From Takakia lepidozioides (taxonomy: Eukaryota; Plantae; Bryophyta): a DNA stretch of 64,000 nt. The translations under genes were made by a program, and so were the position numbers. The notes beneath the pieces are model-generated. The model was not told the origin of the DNA, made no database searches, and was given only the letters and a program-made list of their open reading frames with translations. Location: contig CM060731.1 in assembly GCA_030704615.1 (NCBI GenBank), forward strand, positions 85,436,001 to 85,500,000, written 5' to 3'. The stretch's first letter is position 1, and the number at the start of each line of letters is the position of its first letter. Positions 36,601-49,599 of this stretch are shown in pieces.

Positions 36601-39600
36601 AGGGGGTGGATTCATTGTATTTTTTGAGGAAAGCGATCTGATGGACAATCTCCACAGGTGACGACGAATGCGCAAGAGCAGCTGGACACACAAGCACATC
36701 AGTTCAAGATGGAGATATCTCCTGCAGCAGAGAGCCTACGTGACTATGTGACGAGGTACTTTCTGCTCTACAAAACCAACCTATTCTTTCGGGAGATAGC
36801 AGATGCTCGCCGGAGCCACGAGTTCACCGACCAGCCGAACGCGGACAAAGCAGCAATGCGCCTTCTGTACAGGTACATACGCGCTGCCTTTCTTTCAAGT
36901 CCTGGCATTGCAGGATGTTAGAGGCCTCAAGTGGTGTTAGGGAAAATGGCGCCGAATTTCCAGTCAGGGCTCCGAAAATGGCTAAGTCCCTAGACTGGCT
37001 GGCCCGGAACTGGAAATTCGGCGCCATTTTCCAGTTCCAGGCCCTATTGCCGTTCAGGGACTTACCCATTTTCGGCCCAAGTCCCTAGACTGGCTGGCCC
37101 TGAAGTGGAAATTCGGCGCCATATTCCAGTTTTAGGCCCTATTGCCGTTCAGGGAGTTAGCCATTTTCGGCCTAAGTCCCTAGTGTGGCTGGCCCGGAAC
37201 TGGAAATTCGGCGCCGTTTTCCAGTTCTAGGCCCTATTGCCGTCCAGGGACTTAGCCATTTTCGGGCTAAGTCCCTAGACTGGCTGGCCCGGAACTGGAA
37301 ATTCGGCGCCGTTTTCCAGTTCTAGGCCCTATTGCCGTCGAGGGACTTAGCCATTTTCGGGCTAAGTCCCTAGACTGGGTGGCCCTGAAGTGGAAATTCG
37401 GCGCCATATTCCAGTTGTAGGCCCTATTGCCGTTCAAAGACTTAGCCATTTTCGGACCTCATTGTGTTTTTCATGAATGCAGGTACTGTAAGTTCTCGCT
37501 TTTGGAGAAAGGTCATCTGTCTTTCGAGCCACCATTCTTCCTGGCATGGAGGAACCCTGGGGCTGACTCCATGTACACTGACGATATTGTGAAGGAGTGG
37601 CATCTGGAACATTTGCGTGATTGCCCTTGGTATGTGGACCTTCCGCCCGGCTCGCTTGACCCATCCGAGTTTCAATTGAAGCTGGATGCTGAATTCGACG
37701 AAACCGGGCTCCGCTGCCTCCGTTGGGTGCAAAGAGGCAAAAGCGCTTGCGAACTCCAGGAAAGCGGCAGAGCTTGCTCAGGCAGGAATTCAGGAGAAAT
37801 TGCATGAGAAGAGTAAAGGTCAAAGGAAAAGGACAAGGAAACAGGTGACTGCAGTAACACCCAAAAAAGAAAACCATCGGGGCATCGGAGGAGGCGCAGG
37901 AGGGGACCCAAGAGAGTGACTCCGACGCCGATTTTGTTCAAGGTCCTGCGACTGCTGTTGCTCCTACCCAGTCACCGGTCGTCCGGGTTCCCAAGTCAGT
38001 TCGGAGTGGGACTGGCTCTGCCAAGAAGTTGGCATTTGAGGGCGAGCCTACACTGGCGGTATTCGGCGGTGACGTTTACGCACAGGCCAAAGCTAGAACC
38101 TCCAACCATCATCCAATGCGTCAATGAGAGCTTCCTTGACGCTCTCGCTGCCAGGGCGAAGAAGGTGGCACACAACAAGTCTCTGGCGGAGCAGAAGGGG
38201 AAAGCCAAGAAGAGGGCTGCCGGTACAGAGCCTAAAGACACCCCTGGTTTTGAAGCCATGATGGAATTCTTCACGGCTGTGAGCACGAATTGCAAGAGCA
38301 CTCGGGGGGGGGTTGAGGTGGAGAGAGCTTGCGACATGATTCTCCTCGACATTCCAGATGGGGAGCTGCTGGAGGGCCTGGATGGTGTGCCCACCTGGAA
38401 CAGGTTTACTGAGGACTACTGGAAAGCCGGGTTTGGGCTGGCGGGGATGCTTCTGGATGACGGTGGATGTGTGGTTGTCCTTGCCACGAGAGGGAAGACC
38501 AAAGAGAATGCGGTGGCAAGGTGGACACCGAAAAGTGTCACCCCAGTCCTCCTCAGAAAATGGTTCTGCATCAGTACGCAGGGGTTGCGAACAGAGGGCC
38601 AAAGTGTAAGTTATCAATCTATTGCATTCACTTCATATTGTGGTGTATGTTAAGTAGACCCTGGAATTGATCCCTTCTTTGTTGGATGTGCAGACATTGG
38701 TGTTTGAGGCATATTGCTTTGTGAAGAGAGGGTCTACGTTCAAATTCCGCAACGACGGTCGTCTTGTTGATGCCGCTGTGGACCCTGTAACCTACGATGT
38801 CCTCTACAACTATGTGCCCCACTCTAGTATGCCGAAGGACACAAAGACAGGCAAACCGTGGCGGTACAGCCGGACCCGGAGCCCTGCTTTCATCCAAACC
38901 CTCATGGAGACGTGCTCGGATGTCCAAGGGCGGATTCTGGACCTCACATGCGGCACGGGTAAGCCTTCACGTGCTCAGTTTGTCCCCTGGCCCCATTGCA
39001 ATTGCATGCCGCAAGCTATTAACCGCCCGCTTTGTTCCTCAGGTGCTTCAATGTGGGCAGGGACGTTGTCCGACAGGCATGTGTTCGCCTTCGAGCCAGA
39101 TACTGCCCTCCACAACTCGGAACTTGCAGCGGCTGAACGTCTGCCGAAAGAGGAAGAGGCATCCTCGGAGGATGAGGAAAAATCCGAGAAGGAGCAGGGG
39201 GAGGAAGTTGGGATCGAGGCCGAGGAGCCCCCGGTTTACGAGTGAGTGGTGGCATTGTAAGTTGCCTCCAGATTTTGTGAGGCACCTCCCTCCGCTCTCT
39301 TATTTCATTGAAAACCCTTTCTGGTTGTGCTGGTATTGACATTCTTCAAGTGGATTTGTTCTTACTGTAGGATGCCAAGTACTGCCGGAGGGACGTCTAC
39401 ACCGGAGTTCATGGGCAGGAGGAACGTGCCTTTTTTGCCAGGGGGGATTTCATGCCTAGTCCAGAAAGGGAGTACATCCTTCCTACTTATGCTGCCCGGC
39501 TTGCTTCGGTGTCCATTAGGAGGTGTTCCGAACCTAGTCGTGTACAGCAGATTTTAGACGAGGCAAGCCTCAAGAAAATGAAGATGAGGGAGGAGGCAGC

Positions 39601-39829
39601 AGCTATTAGAGCCCGTCGAGCTCGTAGATTTGTGTTGGATTCTGCTGAGGAAAGTGGGGGAGAAGACGCAGAAGATTCCCAGGAGGTGAGGTGGACAGTC
39701 CCCCAAGGAGAGGACGGGATTTTTGAGAGGCATAGTGGAACTGATGCATCACAGAGCTCGGAGGATGAGGGGGATGAGGGGGATGAGGAAGAAGGTGGGG
39801 CAAGTTCCTCGGAGGGTGTAGGAGAGTAG
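33692..39829 (+). pseudogene. ParB/Srx plus amino-MTase-like gene, subfamily B copy 1 (complete span, several frameshifts)
   Basis: RRKLKALYYGRRP exon 1, FYVWDGNHRLLAW, CDMILLDIPDG, RTRSPAFIQTLMETCSDVQGRILDLTCGT|GASMWAGTLSDRHVFAFEPD. Intron positions match subfamily A. Confidence 0.78.
36940..37455. repeat. Intronic tandem repeat, 95-bp unit, about 5 copies
   Basis: GTCCCTAG at 36986, 37081, 37176, 37271 and 37366, inside intron 36873-37482. Confidence 0.9.
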
Positions 39830-39989
39830 TGCCCATTCCGGCTATGACAGTTAGAACACACTTGTATAGACGTGGCTTGCCACAAAATTTGCAATAAAAT
39901 GTTGCATTTCAAGTCCACTGGTGCCACATTCCAACTTCACATGACCCTATTTCCGTGCCTCCTAACCCTATTTCCGTGGACTCACAATG

Positions 39990-40065
39990 GTCTGCTCATG
40001 CTTTTTTTTTTTCCGCTCATGCTCATGCCGCTCATGCTCATGCCGCTCATGAAATAGCAGCCCCC
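39990..40065 (-). repeat. MULE right TIR with CATGAGC repeats
   Basis: Reverse complement reads GGGGGCTGCTATTTCATGAGCGGCATGAGCATGAGCGG. Confidence 0.8.
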
Positions 40066-40790
40066 ATAGGAAAGCAGTAGAAAGTCCGTTACGTTTCAAT
40101 AAATTGTCCACTCGAGCATACCAGGAGTTCCCGAAACCTGCAGCTTTGAGCCTCATAGATGTTGTGAGGGCCCTTGCCACTAGCCCTTTGGGTGGAAGGG
40201 CCTGCAATCTATGGAGAAAGATTGTAAGCCTGAACTGTGCCTCGGATTGCAATGGTACACATGCAAACTCTGCACCTAGGATCTGAGATGGAGTTGTGCT
40301 CCTGGCGCCAAGCATTGCTTGAAGAAAAGATGACTGTAATGGTTCCAAATTCTTTTCCCACCAGGAGACAGGGACACCAGGTGCCCAGAACTCACAACCA
40401 TTGATGGTAGCAGGGCTGATGACGGTGTCAAACAACCACTTTTTGGTTGGGGGATGCCGCAGATGTATTTGCTTGCATTTGGCGTGAAGGCGGACGGAGG
40501 CCGCCTTACCTTTAGTCAATCTGTCGAAGGCAGTGGCTGCAAAGTGAAACTTGGGGGAGTGGATAACCAGACCTAGGTACCGGTATGATTTGACAATCTC
40601 AATTTCCTGCTGGTTGAAGATGAATCTACGATCAGCCTGGCCATTGAAGACCATGATCTTGGTCTTGCTAAGATTGACTTGCATCCCATAGTCTTTGCAG
40701 AACTGTTCCAAAATTTTGATATGGCGTTGCAAAAAGACCGGGGATTGTGCCAAAAGGGCAACATCATCAGCGTAGAGGAGATATGATTGG
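40066..40790 (-). mobile_element. Non-LTR (LINE) reverse transcriptase C-terminal fragment
   Basis: LLYADDVALLA...GMQVNLSKTKIMVF...YRYLGL; truncated by the MULE TIR. Confidence 0.88.
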
Positions 40791-41386
40791 GCAGAAAATG
40801 AAGTTAGGCAGAAAACATCCCTGAACATGTTTTCAATTTGTGTCATGGGGGAGGACATCGTGGAAAAACCTTCAGGTCTACCACTGTGTGCAGAGGGACT
40901 AGTTTTTAGGTCAAGGAAATGTTGCTTTGTCACGTCATTGCACCTGCGTTGGAGTACGCATTTGCTATATGCGTTGATAACTCCAACGAGGCTAGGTCTG
41001 CAATATCCTTTCAATTGAATTGTGTCTGCACCTGTGTTTACCAACATTGAGAGTCTTTAGGCCTTTTGGGGCTCCGTTGCTGGGCTCCGCCATACAGCCA
41101 TTTGCTGATTGTGTGAATAGATGTCCACTGGATATGTGCAAAACCCGGATGGATGTTCTGTTTCCTGGTAAGTTTAATGTGGTAGTGATGTGAACCCGCC
41201 CACATTCTGTTTCTTCACCAATGAATGGGCTTACATGTTATGAGGACATTCTGTCCCTCTCCTTTTCAGTTTTTGGCACTTGCGCTGCAGGGGAGTGGGT
41301 TTGAGGTCAGCCAATCCATAGTTGTGGTTGTGGGATGGTTTGTGCTCTGGTGACGTTGTGTTCAGTAGGACTATAGCTGATGCACC

Positions 41387-42857
41387 TTGTGTGTGGGATG
41401 TTTTTGGCAGCGGAAGGGGAGTGAAGCTGTAGCAAAGCACTCACAGCCACCACACAATGCCAACCAACACCAACCTTGGCACCCACCCCCTGCCGGATGG
41501 TCTCCACAACAGAGTGCACCATGGGGAGCCCCCCCTGCTTCGGGGTCGTGGCGCTGGCTTCCTGATGTTGCCACGTCACAATGGGGGCCTCCCACATCTC
41601 CATACGGCCCTCCCCCCTCCGGCACACATCAGTCACCCCCCACAACGTATGACGGCGCTACTCCAGAGCATGGGGGCAGGAAACGGACATCAGAGCTGAG
41701 GAAGGAACGACGTCATGCCATGAAACAATGGGAAGGAGATGGAGAGGGAAGGGTGGCTGCAGGGCTAAAGCGCCACAAGGTGGAGGTGCATGGAAATGGA
41801 GTCATCAATGCTAGCTGCGAAGGTAAGGAACACTGGCAGCGTGATTTGCGTGGCCTGGCATTGCGTTACCTTGACTCAAGTGTACAAGACATTGACCAGC
41901 AGTCCCAGAGTGCCATGTCAACAGTAATAGATGGCATAAATGGAATGTACGAGTACACACCTATCCCTGCCAATCGTGATTTTATAGTGAAGCAATGTGG
42001 GAAGATAATGAAAGGAGAAAGAGCAAAACTGAAAGATAAATGGGCGAAGACTGGTGTGAGGCCAATGAACACTGAACCCGCCTATTGGGATACGCTTGTT
42101 GCCTACTGGGAGTCCCCTCGTGGACTTGCAAAGGTTGAAGGGATGAAGCAAGCGCGTGCTTGTGTCACGAACCCCTCGCGTTGGGGCCGGGCAGGAGTTG
42201 CAGGCCAAGCAGCCCGTTGGTAATCTCCCTCACCCCCTTCTCATTGCTCTTACGTTGTGGCATGTTCTGATGGAAGAGACACCCACAAGTGGGTTTTATT
42301 GCTTGTGCAAAATTAGTTGTTATGTGATATGCAGGGCAGTGCTTTGTCCATATGCTCCTGGCATTTTGTACTGACGGTGTGTGGATGGGCAAATACAGAA
42401 AAGACGCAAAGCGCGGAGCCCGTCACTGTCCGAGCTCGGGGCAGAGTGCAAGAATGCTGCGACTGGCACCCCATCAGAGTCTGTTTTGAGCCAGGTATGT
42501 TTTGAAGTCCGGTTTCCATTCATGAATCTGTTGTTGTACTAAGATTTGGTGGGTATGTGGGGCCCCCACGCATGGTACACGAGGGGTGTTATGCCAAACC
42601 TAGCCATCTCCGAATGCCTGAAATCCTGCACATTCGGCCTCTTCTTCTGGTTTTTAACAGTACGGGTGGGTGTTTGTATGCGTAGGGAGCGGGGAACTCA
42701 ATGGCACGCATCGGGGCCCTGGAGAGGCTTGCGGCTCTCTCTGCGGAGCGGGAGAGGGGAATGGAAGCACAACTGAAGAAGATAGTGGAACTCATGATGG
42801 GGCAAAAAGGGGGTGTGACGGGTGGCATTATGGAAGACCCCCCTCCTACGACCATTG
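41387..42857 (+). pseudogene. CACTA/En-Spm TnpA-like (Transposase_24/Ptta-like) gene fragment
   Basis: KGERAKLKDKW...PAYWDTLVAYWES...MKQARACVTNPSRWGRAG, followed by short exons and a coiled-coil segment. Confidence 0.6.
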
Positions 42858-45800
42858 ACCCGGTGGCTCCAAATCTGGAATGGTTCCCAAAGTACAAGGG
42901 ACATGTGGAGCTTCCCCAAACCGGACAAACTGTCTGACCCCACATTCGACATGTGGATGAACCGCATGAAATGGTGGTTTCAGGTACTTCCCCATGCTTC
43001 GTTTGGCGCTTCTACTCTTGTAGGGGGTGGATTCATTGTATTTTTTTAGGAAAGTGATCTGATGGAGAATCTCCATAGGTGACGACGAATGCGCAAGAGC
43101 CGCTGGACACACAAGCACATCAGTTCAAGATGGAGATTTCTCCTGCAGCAGAGAGCCTACGCGACTATGTGACGAGGTACTTTCTGCTGTACAAAACCGA
43201 CCTATTCTTTCGGGAGATACCCCATGCCCGCCTGAGCCACGAGTTCACCGACCAGCCGAATGCGGACAAAGCAGCAATGCGCCTTCTGTACAGGTACATA
43301 CGCGATGCCTTCCTTTCAAGTCCTTGCATTTCAGGATGTTAGAGGCCTCATGTGGCGCATAAAAATTGGTCCTTGGAAAAATGGCGCCGAATTTCCAGTC
43401 CAGGGCTCCCAAAATGGCTAAGTCCCTAGAGTGGCTGGCACCAAAAACCGAAATTCGGCGCCATTTTTCCATTTCAAGGCCCAGTCAGTTCTGGGACTTA
43501 GCCATTTTCGGGCCGGACCTGGGAAAATGGCGCCGAATTTCCAGTTCAGGGCTCCCAAAATGGCTAAGTCCCTAGGGTGGCTGGCACCGAAAACCGAAAT
43601 TCGGCACCATTTTTCCAATTCCAGGGCCAGTCAGTTCAGGGACTTAGCCATTTTCGGCCCGGACCTGGGAAAATGGCGCCGAATTTCCAGTTCAGGGCTC
43701 CCAAAATGGCTAAGTCCCTAGGGTGGCTGGCACCGAAAACCGAAATTCGGCACCATTTTTCCAATTCCAGGGCCAGTCAGTTCAGGGACTTAGCCATTTT
43801 CGGCCCGGACCTGGGAAAATGGCGCCGAATTTCCAGTTCAGGGCTCCCAAAATGGCTAAGTCCCTAGGGTGGCTGGCACCGAAAACCGAAATTTGGCACC
43901 ATTTTTCCAATTCCAGGGCCAGTCAGTTCAGGGACTTAGCCATTTTCGGCCCGGACCTGGGAAAATGGCGCCGAATTTCCAGTTCAGGGCTCCCAAAATG
44001 GCTAAGTCCCTAGGGTGGCTGGCACCGAAAACCGAAATTCGGCGCCATTTTTCCAATTCCAGGGCCAGTCAGTTCAGGGACTTAGCCATTTTCGGCCCGG
44101 ACCTGGGAAAATGGCGCCGAATTTCCAGTTCAGGGCTCCCAAAATGGCTAAGTCCCTAGGGTGGCTGGCACCGAAAACCGAAATTCGGCACCATTTTTCC
44201 AATTCCAGGGCCAGTCAGTTCAGGGACTTAGCCATTTTCGGCCCGGACCTGGGAAAATGGCGCCGAATTTCCAGTTCAGGGCTCCCAAAATGGCTAAGTT
44301 CCTAGGGTGGGTGGCAAACCGAAATTCGGCGCCATTTTTCCAATTCTAGGCCCAGTCAGTTCTGGGACTTAGCCATTTGCGGGCCGGACCTGGGAAAATG
44401 GCGCCGAATTTCCAGTTCAGGGCTCCCAAAATGGCTGTCCCTAGCGTGGCTAGCACCGAAAACCGAAATTCGGCGCCATTTTTCCAGTTCTAGGCCCAGT
44501 TAGTTCCGCCCCAACCTGGGAGAATGGTGCCGAATTTCCAGTTCAGGGACCTCATTCTGTGTTTTTCATGAATGCAGGTACTGCAAGTTCTCCCTTTTGG
44601 AGAAAGGTCATCTGTCTTTCGAGCCACCATTCTTCCTGGCATGGAGGAACCCTGGGGCTGACTCCATGTACACTGACGTTATTGTGAAGGAGTGGCATCT
44701 GGAACATTTGTGTGATTGCCTTTGGTATGTGTACCTTCCGCCCGGCTTGCTCGACCCATCCGAGTTTCAATTGAAGCTGGATGCTGAGGCCCGACGAAAC
44801 CGGGCTCCGCTGCCTCCGCTTTGTCCAAAAGAGGCAAAAGCGCTTGCGAACTCCAGGAAAGCGGCAGAGCTTGCTCAGGCAGGAATTCAGGAGAAATTGA
44901 ATGAGAAGAATAAAGGCCAAAGGAAAAGGACAAGGAAACAGGTGAGTACAGTAACACCCAAAAAATAGAAAACCATCGGGGCATCGGAGGAGGCGCAGGA
45001 GGGGACCCAAGGGAGTGACTCAGACGACGACTTTGTTCAAGGTCCTGCGACTGCTGCTGCTGCTACCAAGTCACCGGTCGTCCGGGTTCCCAAGTCAGTT
45101 CGGAGTGGGACTGGCTCTGCCTAGAAGTTGGCATTTGAGGGCGAGCCTACACGGCGGTATTCGGCGGTGATGTTTACGCACAGGCCAAAGCTAGAACCTC
45201 CAACCATCATCCAATGCGTCAATGAGAGCTTCCTTGACGCTCTCGCTGCCAGGGCAAAGAAGGTGGCACACAGCAAGTCTCTGGCGGAGCAGAAGGGGAA
45301 AGCCAAGAAGAGGGCTGCCGGTACAGAGCCTAAAGACACCCCTGGTTTTGAAGCCATGATGGAATTCTTCACGGCTGTGAGCACGGATTGCAAGAGCACT
45401 CGGGGGGGGGGGGGAGGTGGAGAGAGCTTGCGATATGATTCTCCTCGACATTCCAGATGGGGAGCTGTTGGAGGGCCTGGATGGTGTGCCCACCTGGAAC
45501 AGGTTTACTGAGGACTACTGGAAAGCCGGGTTTGGGCTGGCGGGGATGCTCCTGGATGACGGTGGATGTGTGGTTGTCCTTGCCACAAGAGGGAAGACCA
45601 CAGAGAATGCGGTGGCAAGATGGACACCAGAAAGTGTCACCCCGGTCCTCCTCAGAAAATGGTTCTGCATCAATACACAGGGGTTGCAAACAGAGGGCCA
45701 AGTGTAAGTTATCAATCTATTGCATTCACCTCATATTGTGCTATATCTAAACTAGATCCCGAAGTTGATCCCTCTTTTGTTGGATGTGCAGATATTGGTG

Positions 45801-46682
45801 TTTGAGGCATATTGCTTTGTGAAGAGAGGGTCTACGTTCAAATTCCGCAACGACAGTCGTCTTGTTGATGCCGTTGTGGACCCTGTTATCTACGATGTCC
45901 TCTACAACTATGTGCCCCACTCCAGTATGCCGAAGGACACAAAGACAGGCAAACCGTGGCGGTACAGCCAGACCCGGAGCCCTGCTTTCATCCAAACCCT
46001 CATGGAGACGTGCTTGGATGTCCAAGGGCGGATTCTTGACCTCACATGTGGCACGGGTAAGCCTTCACGTGCTCAGTTTGTCCCCTGGTCCGATTGCAAT
46101 TGCATGCCGCAAGCTATTAACCGCCTGCTTTGTTCCTCAGGTGCTTCAATGTAGGCAGGGACGTTGTCCGACAGGCATGTGTTCGCCTTCGAGCCAGATA
46201 CTGCCCTCCACAACTCGGAACTTGCAGCGGCTGAACGTCTGCCGAAAGAGGAAGAGGCATCCTTGGAGGATGAGGAAAAATCCGAGAAGGAGCAGGGGGA
46301 GGAACAAGTTGGGATCGAGGCCGAGGAGCCCCCGGTTTACGAGTGAGTGGTCGCATTGTAAGTTGCCTCCAGATTTCGTTAGGCACCTCCCTTCGCTCTC
46401 TTATTTCATTGAAAACCCTTTCTGCTTCTGCTGGTATTGACATTCTTGAAGTGGATTTGTTCTTACTGTAGGATGCCAAGTACTGCAGGAAGGACGTCTA
46501 CACCAGAGTTCATGGGCAGGAGGAACGTGCCTTTTTTTGCCAGGGGGGATTTCATGCCTAGTCCAGAAAGGGACTACATCCTTCCTACTTATGCTGCCCG
46601 GCTTGCTTCGGTGTCCATTAGGAGGTGTTCCGAACCTAGTCGTGTACAGCAGATTTTAGACGAGGCAAGCCTCAAGAAAATG
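42858..46682 (+). pseudogene. ParB-MTase gene, subfamily B copy 2 (3' part only, runs into the gap)
   Basis: Near-identical to 36436-39580; DIPDG at ~45450 and LDLTCGT at ~46035; nonsense mutations present. Confidence 0.82.
43375..44550. repeat. Intronic tandem repeat, 146-bp unit, about 8 copies
   Basis: Periodicity of 146 bp (43431, 43577, 43723, 43869, 44015, 44161) inside intron 43294-44577. Confidence 0.93.
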
Positions 46683-47182
46683 NNNNNNNNNNNNNNNNNN
46701 NNNNNNNNNNNNNNNNNNNNNNNNNNNNNNNNNNNNNNNNNNNNNNNNNNNNNNNNNNNNNNNNNNNNNNNNNNNNNNNNNNNNNNNNNNNNNNNNNNNN
46801 NNNNNNNNNNNNNNNNNNNNNNNNNNNNNNNNNNNNNNNNNNNNNNNNNNNNNNNNNNNNNNNNNNNNNNNNNNNNNNNNNNNNNNNNNNNNNNNNNNNN
46901 NNNNNNNNNNNNNNNNNNNNNNNNNNNNNNNNNNNNNNNNNNNNNNNNNNNNNNNNNNNNNNNNNNNNNNNNNNNNNNNNNNNNNNNNNNNNNNNNNNNN
47001 NNNNNNNNNNNNNNNNNNNNNNNNNNNNNNNNNNNNNNNNNNNNNNNNNNNNNNNNNNNNNNNNNNNNNNNNNNNNNNNNNNNNNNNNNNNNNNNNNNNN
47101 NNNNNNNNNNNNNNNNNNNNNNNNNNNNNNNNNNNNNNNNNNNNNNNNNNNNNNNNNNNNNNNNNNNNNNNNNNNNNNNNNN
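46683..47182. other. Assembly gap (500 N)
   Basis: Run of N. Confidence 1.
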
Positions 47183-48735
47183 GGCTATGACCCTATGTTT
47201 GCTGGAGAAAGAATTCCCTCCATCATTCTTTGACGTCATGACGCACTTGCTAGTGCATCTTGTAGAGGAGTTGCATGTGTGTGGGCCCATAGCCAGCCGG
47301 GTGGATTACCCCATGGAGAGGTACATGAAGGATCTGAAGGTATGTACTCAACATGGCACGGCCAGAGGGAGTATGGCGGAGGGCTACATCCGCGACGAAG
47401 CCCTGGGCTTCATGACAGAGTATATGTCTTCATTTGATGCAATACAACGACGGGTGTGGGACGAGAACGAGGAAGAAGGAGTTGTAGGCGAGGTCCTAGA
47501 ATGTGGTGGAACAAAGCGTGCCATGAGCCGCGCCTTCGGGATGTGGCACATGATTATGTGCTGAACAACACAACAACCATGACCCATGGAGACAGTGGGG
47601 TGCCAACTTACATCTCCCTCCTGTGCTATTCTTAATGGTCTTTGTATGCTGGAATTACATATATATTGTCACAAGTCATTCGGCCACTATGGGAGTGGGA
47701 TCGTGTACTAAACAGGTGCTTTTAGACGACTACAGAGGGTGTTTCGTAGATCTTGGTTGTTGCTTGCAAGTGATTATGAAGTAGGCTGCATCACTCAGTG
47801 TGCTTGAAAGGACACACACTCTGCATGTGGCATGCATGTACAGCACGTGTTGGTCAGGGGGATTGAGTTGCAGCTTCTATTTGGTTTCTGCCAGAAAGTA
47901 CGCAGCGGAGAAGTCCGCTTGAAAATGGAACGGAGTGCATTTGCAAAAGCATGGCGGAGGGGGCGGTCGTAGGCGCAGATCCCCGGTGGATATACCCGCA
48001 ACTATGGAGGAGCTGCAGCCCTTTACAGTGTGGGTCAGATCTGCAATTGCAGTGTACGCATCAGAGAACGAGGACCCGATGAAGGGCATGGTGAGTCTGT
48101 CATTCCCCCCAGGGCTGATTGCCACTTCGTACCGGTCAATGAAAGCATATGGCAATCACTATAGAGTGGACGATGCCAACACCAGCCTCCTGGAGACTTA
48201 TGCAAGCGGAGTGGCATCATTTTTTGAACAAGAGAGTAGGAGCTGTGCACGAGATCAGAATCCAATTTCATGCCATGTGCAATATGTAGGAGTGATCAAA
48301 GAGATCCTTAAACTAGACTATGGTCTTTGTGAAGCCCATTCTATTCCGTTTGTTCTGGGTAAAAGCCCATATGGTAGGAGAGAATGCCACCATGAAACAG
48401 GATGAGTACGGGTTCCTCCTTGCTGATTTCAGAAAATGCTACCACAAGATGAAGAGCCATTCATCTTCCCATCGCAAGTTGAGCAAGTTTTCTTTTCAGA
48501 TGACACCCATGCGCCGGGATGGAAGGTGGTTCTTCACAAGGACCCCCGGGCCAAACGAGTCGTGGCCGACGTCCATGATCTGGACCTAGGGGAAAATGCC
48601 GACCACGAGGGTCTGAGGGAACCACGAAATCTACCAGATACGGCCGAACCAGTCTCTTTGGAAGGAGCAGTTACCTTTAATGAGGAGACATTCCAGGGTG
48701 GTAATAACCGCAAGGCAAATTGCAGATGTGGGTAG
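47183..48735 (+). pseudogene. CACTA TnpD transposase C-terminal part (DUF4218/DUF4216-like)
   Basis: FPPSFFDVMTHLLVHL...YPMERYMKDLK...GSMAEGY; YVGVIKEILKLDY; DEEPFIFPSQVEQVFF...GWKVVL. Confidence 0.9.
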
Positions 48736-49599
48736 TGAAGGGAAGATTATTTGGATATAGATAGTGAGCCCAGCTGAATCTCAGTGTCCATTAGCGAGCA
48801 CTCATAGACGAGAGCTATGCTAAGGACTCTTACTGTCCTTAGAACCCATTTTGTACAATCCTGCAAGCGCGCAAAGGCGAGACAGTTAATAGTATCGATA
48901 ATGTCCCGGTATGTGGTCCGTATTGTCTTGTGAACAAACCTTTTTGTTCTGCCAATATTGTTTCTGACATGTGAGGAGAGGATCGTCTTCATGTACGGGA
49001 AGTAGACGTGAATGTGTGCATGCATTTTCTGGCCCAGCTGCATGCTTTCCAGGAACAAAGACCAGTGGAATGGGGGGGTGTCTCCAAAGGAGCAGGACCG
49101 AACGACACCTTTTTGTGCTTCCCTTGCTTTCCTTCTCACCGTTGTTGCATTCTCCCACCTGCCCAACAGCAGCACTCTCGAAGCAATAGCATGACATATG
49201 TTGCAACATGGTCTTCTTCACCAGCGAATGAGCTTTTTTGCTACATGTACTGCCACATCCACATTAACGTTGATCCCTGCAAGCACTTGGCAAGACGCCC
49301 CAGAGCCGCAAATCCAGCAACCACCACAAACATATCTAACTGATTGTAGTGACACGGGAATAGCTCACTTGTAGAGGAATTGAACCTCCAGCCAGATGGC
49401 TCTGCCCCTTGTAGCACAAGTGCGATGCAAAAACAAGGTGAGTACAAAATGAAGAAGCACTTACGAGGTCCCCATCCCTCGGATGGGCTCCCCACTTGTG
49501 CTCTGGAACTGTGCAGGCCTGACTAGCACCAAATTGCATGAATCCTAAGCCTGAATGTCAATGCAGGTTTATGTCGCAATGCAGCACGCCATCATCTAG

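Larger units (their letters stand above)
32666..40065. mobile_element. MULE-like element, subfamily B (right half: array, ParB-MTase gene, TIR)
   Basis: Same architecture as subfamily A; ends in ...GCTCATGAAATAGCAGCCCCC. Confidence 0.8.

Noticed and set aside
42700-43000. CACTA TnpA fused to the MTase gene at an exon boundary (42858)
   Set aside because: The two reading frames are out of phase, so this is more likely a deletion junction.
43431-44349. Many repeated short ORFs in the arrays (also 3.8-6.7, 19.2-20.2 and 59.5-60.8 kb)
   Set aside because: By-products of stop-poor palindromic repeats, open on both strands, with no protein motifs.
46437-47564. 375-aa ORF in the ORF track
   Set aside because: Artefact of reading through 500 Ns, joining unrelated elements.
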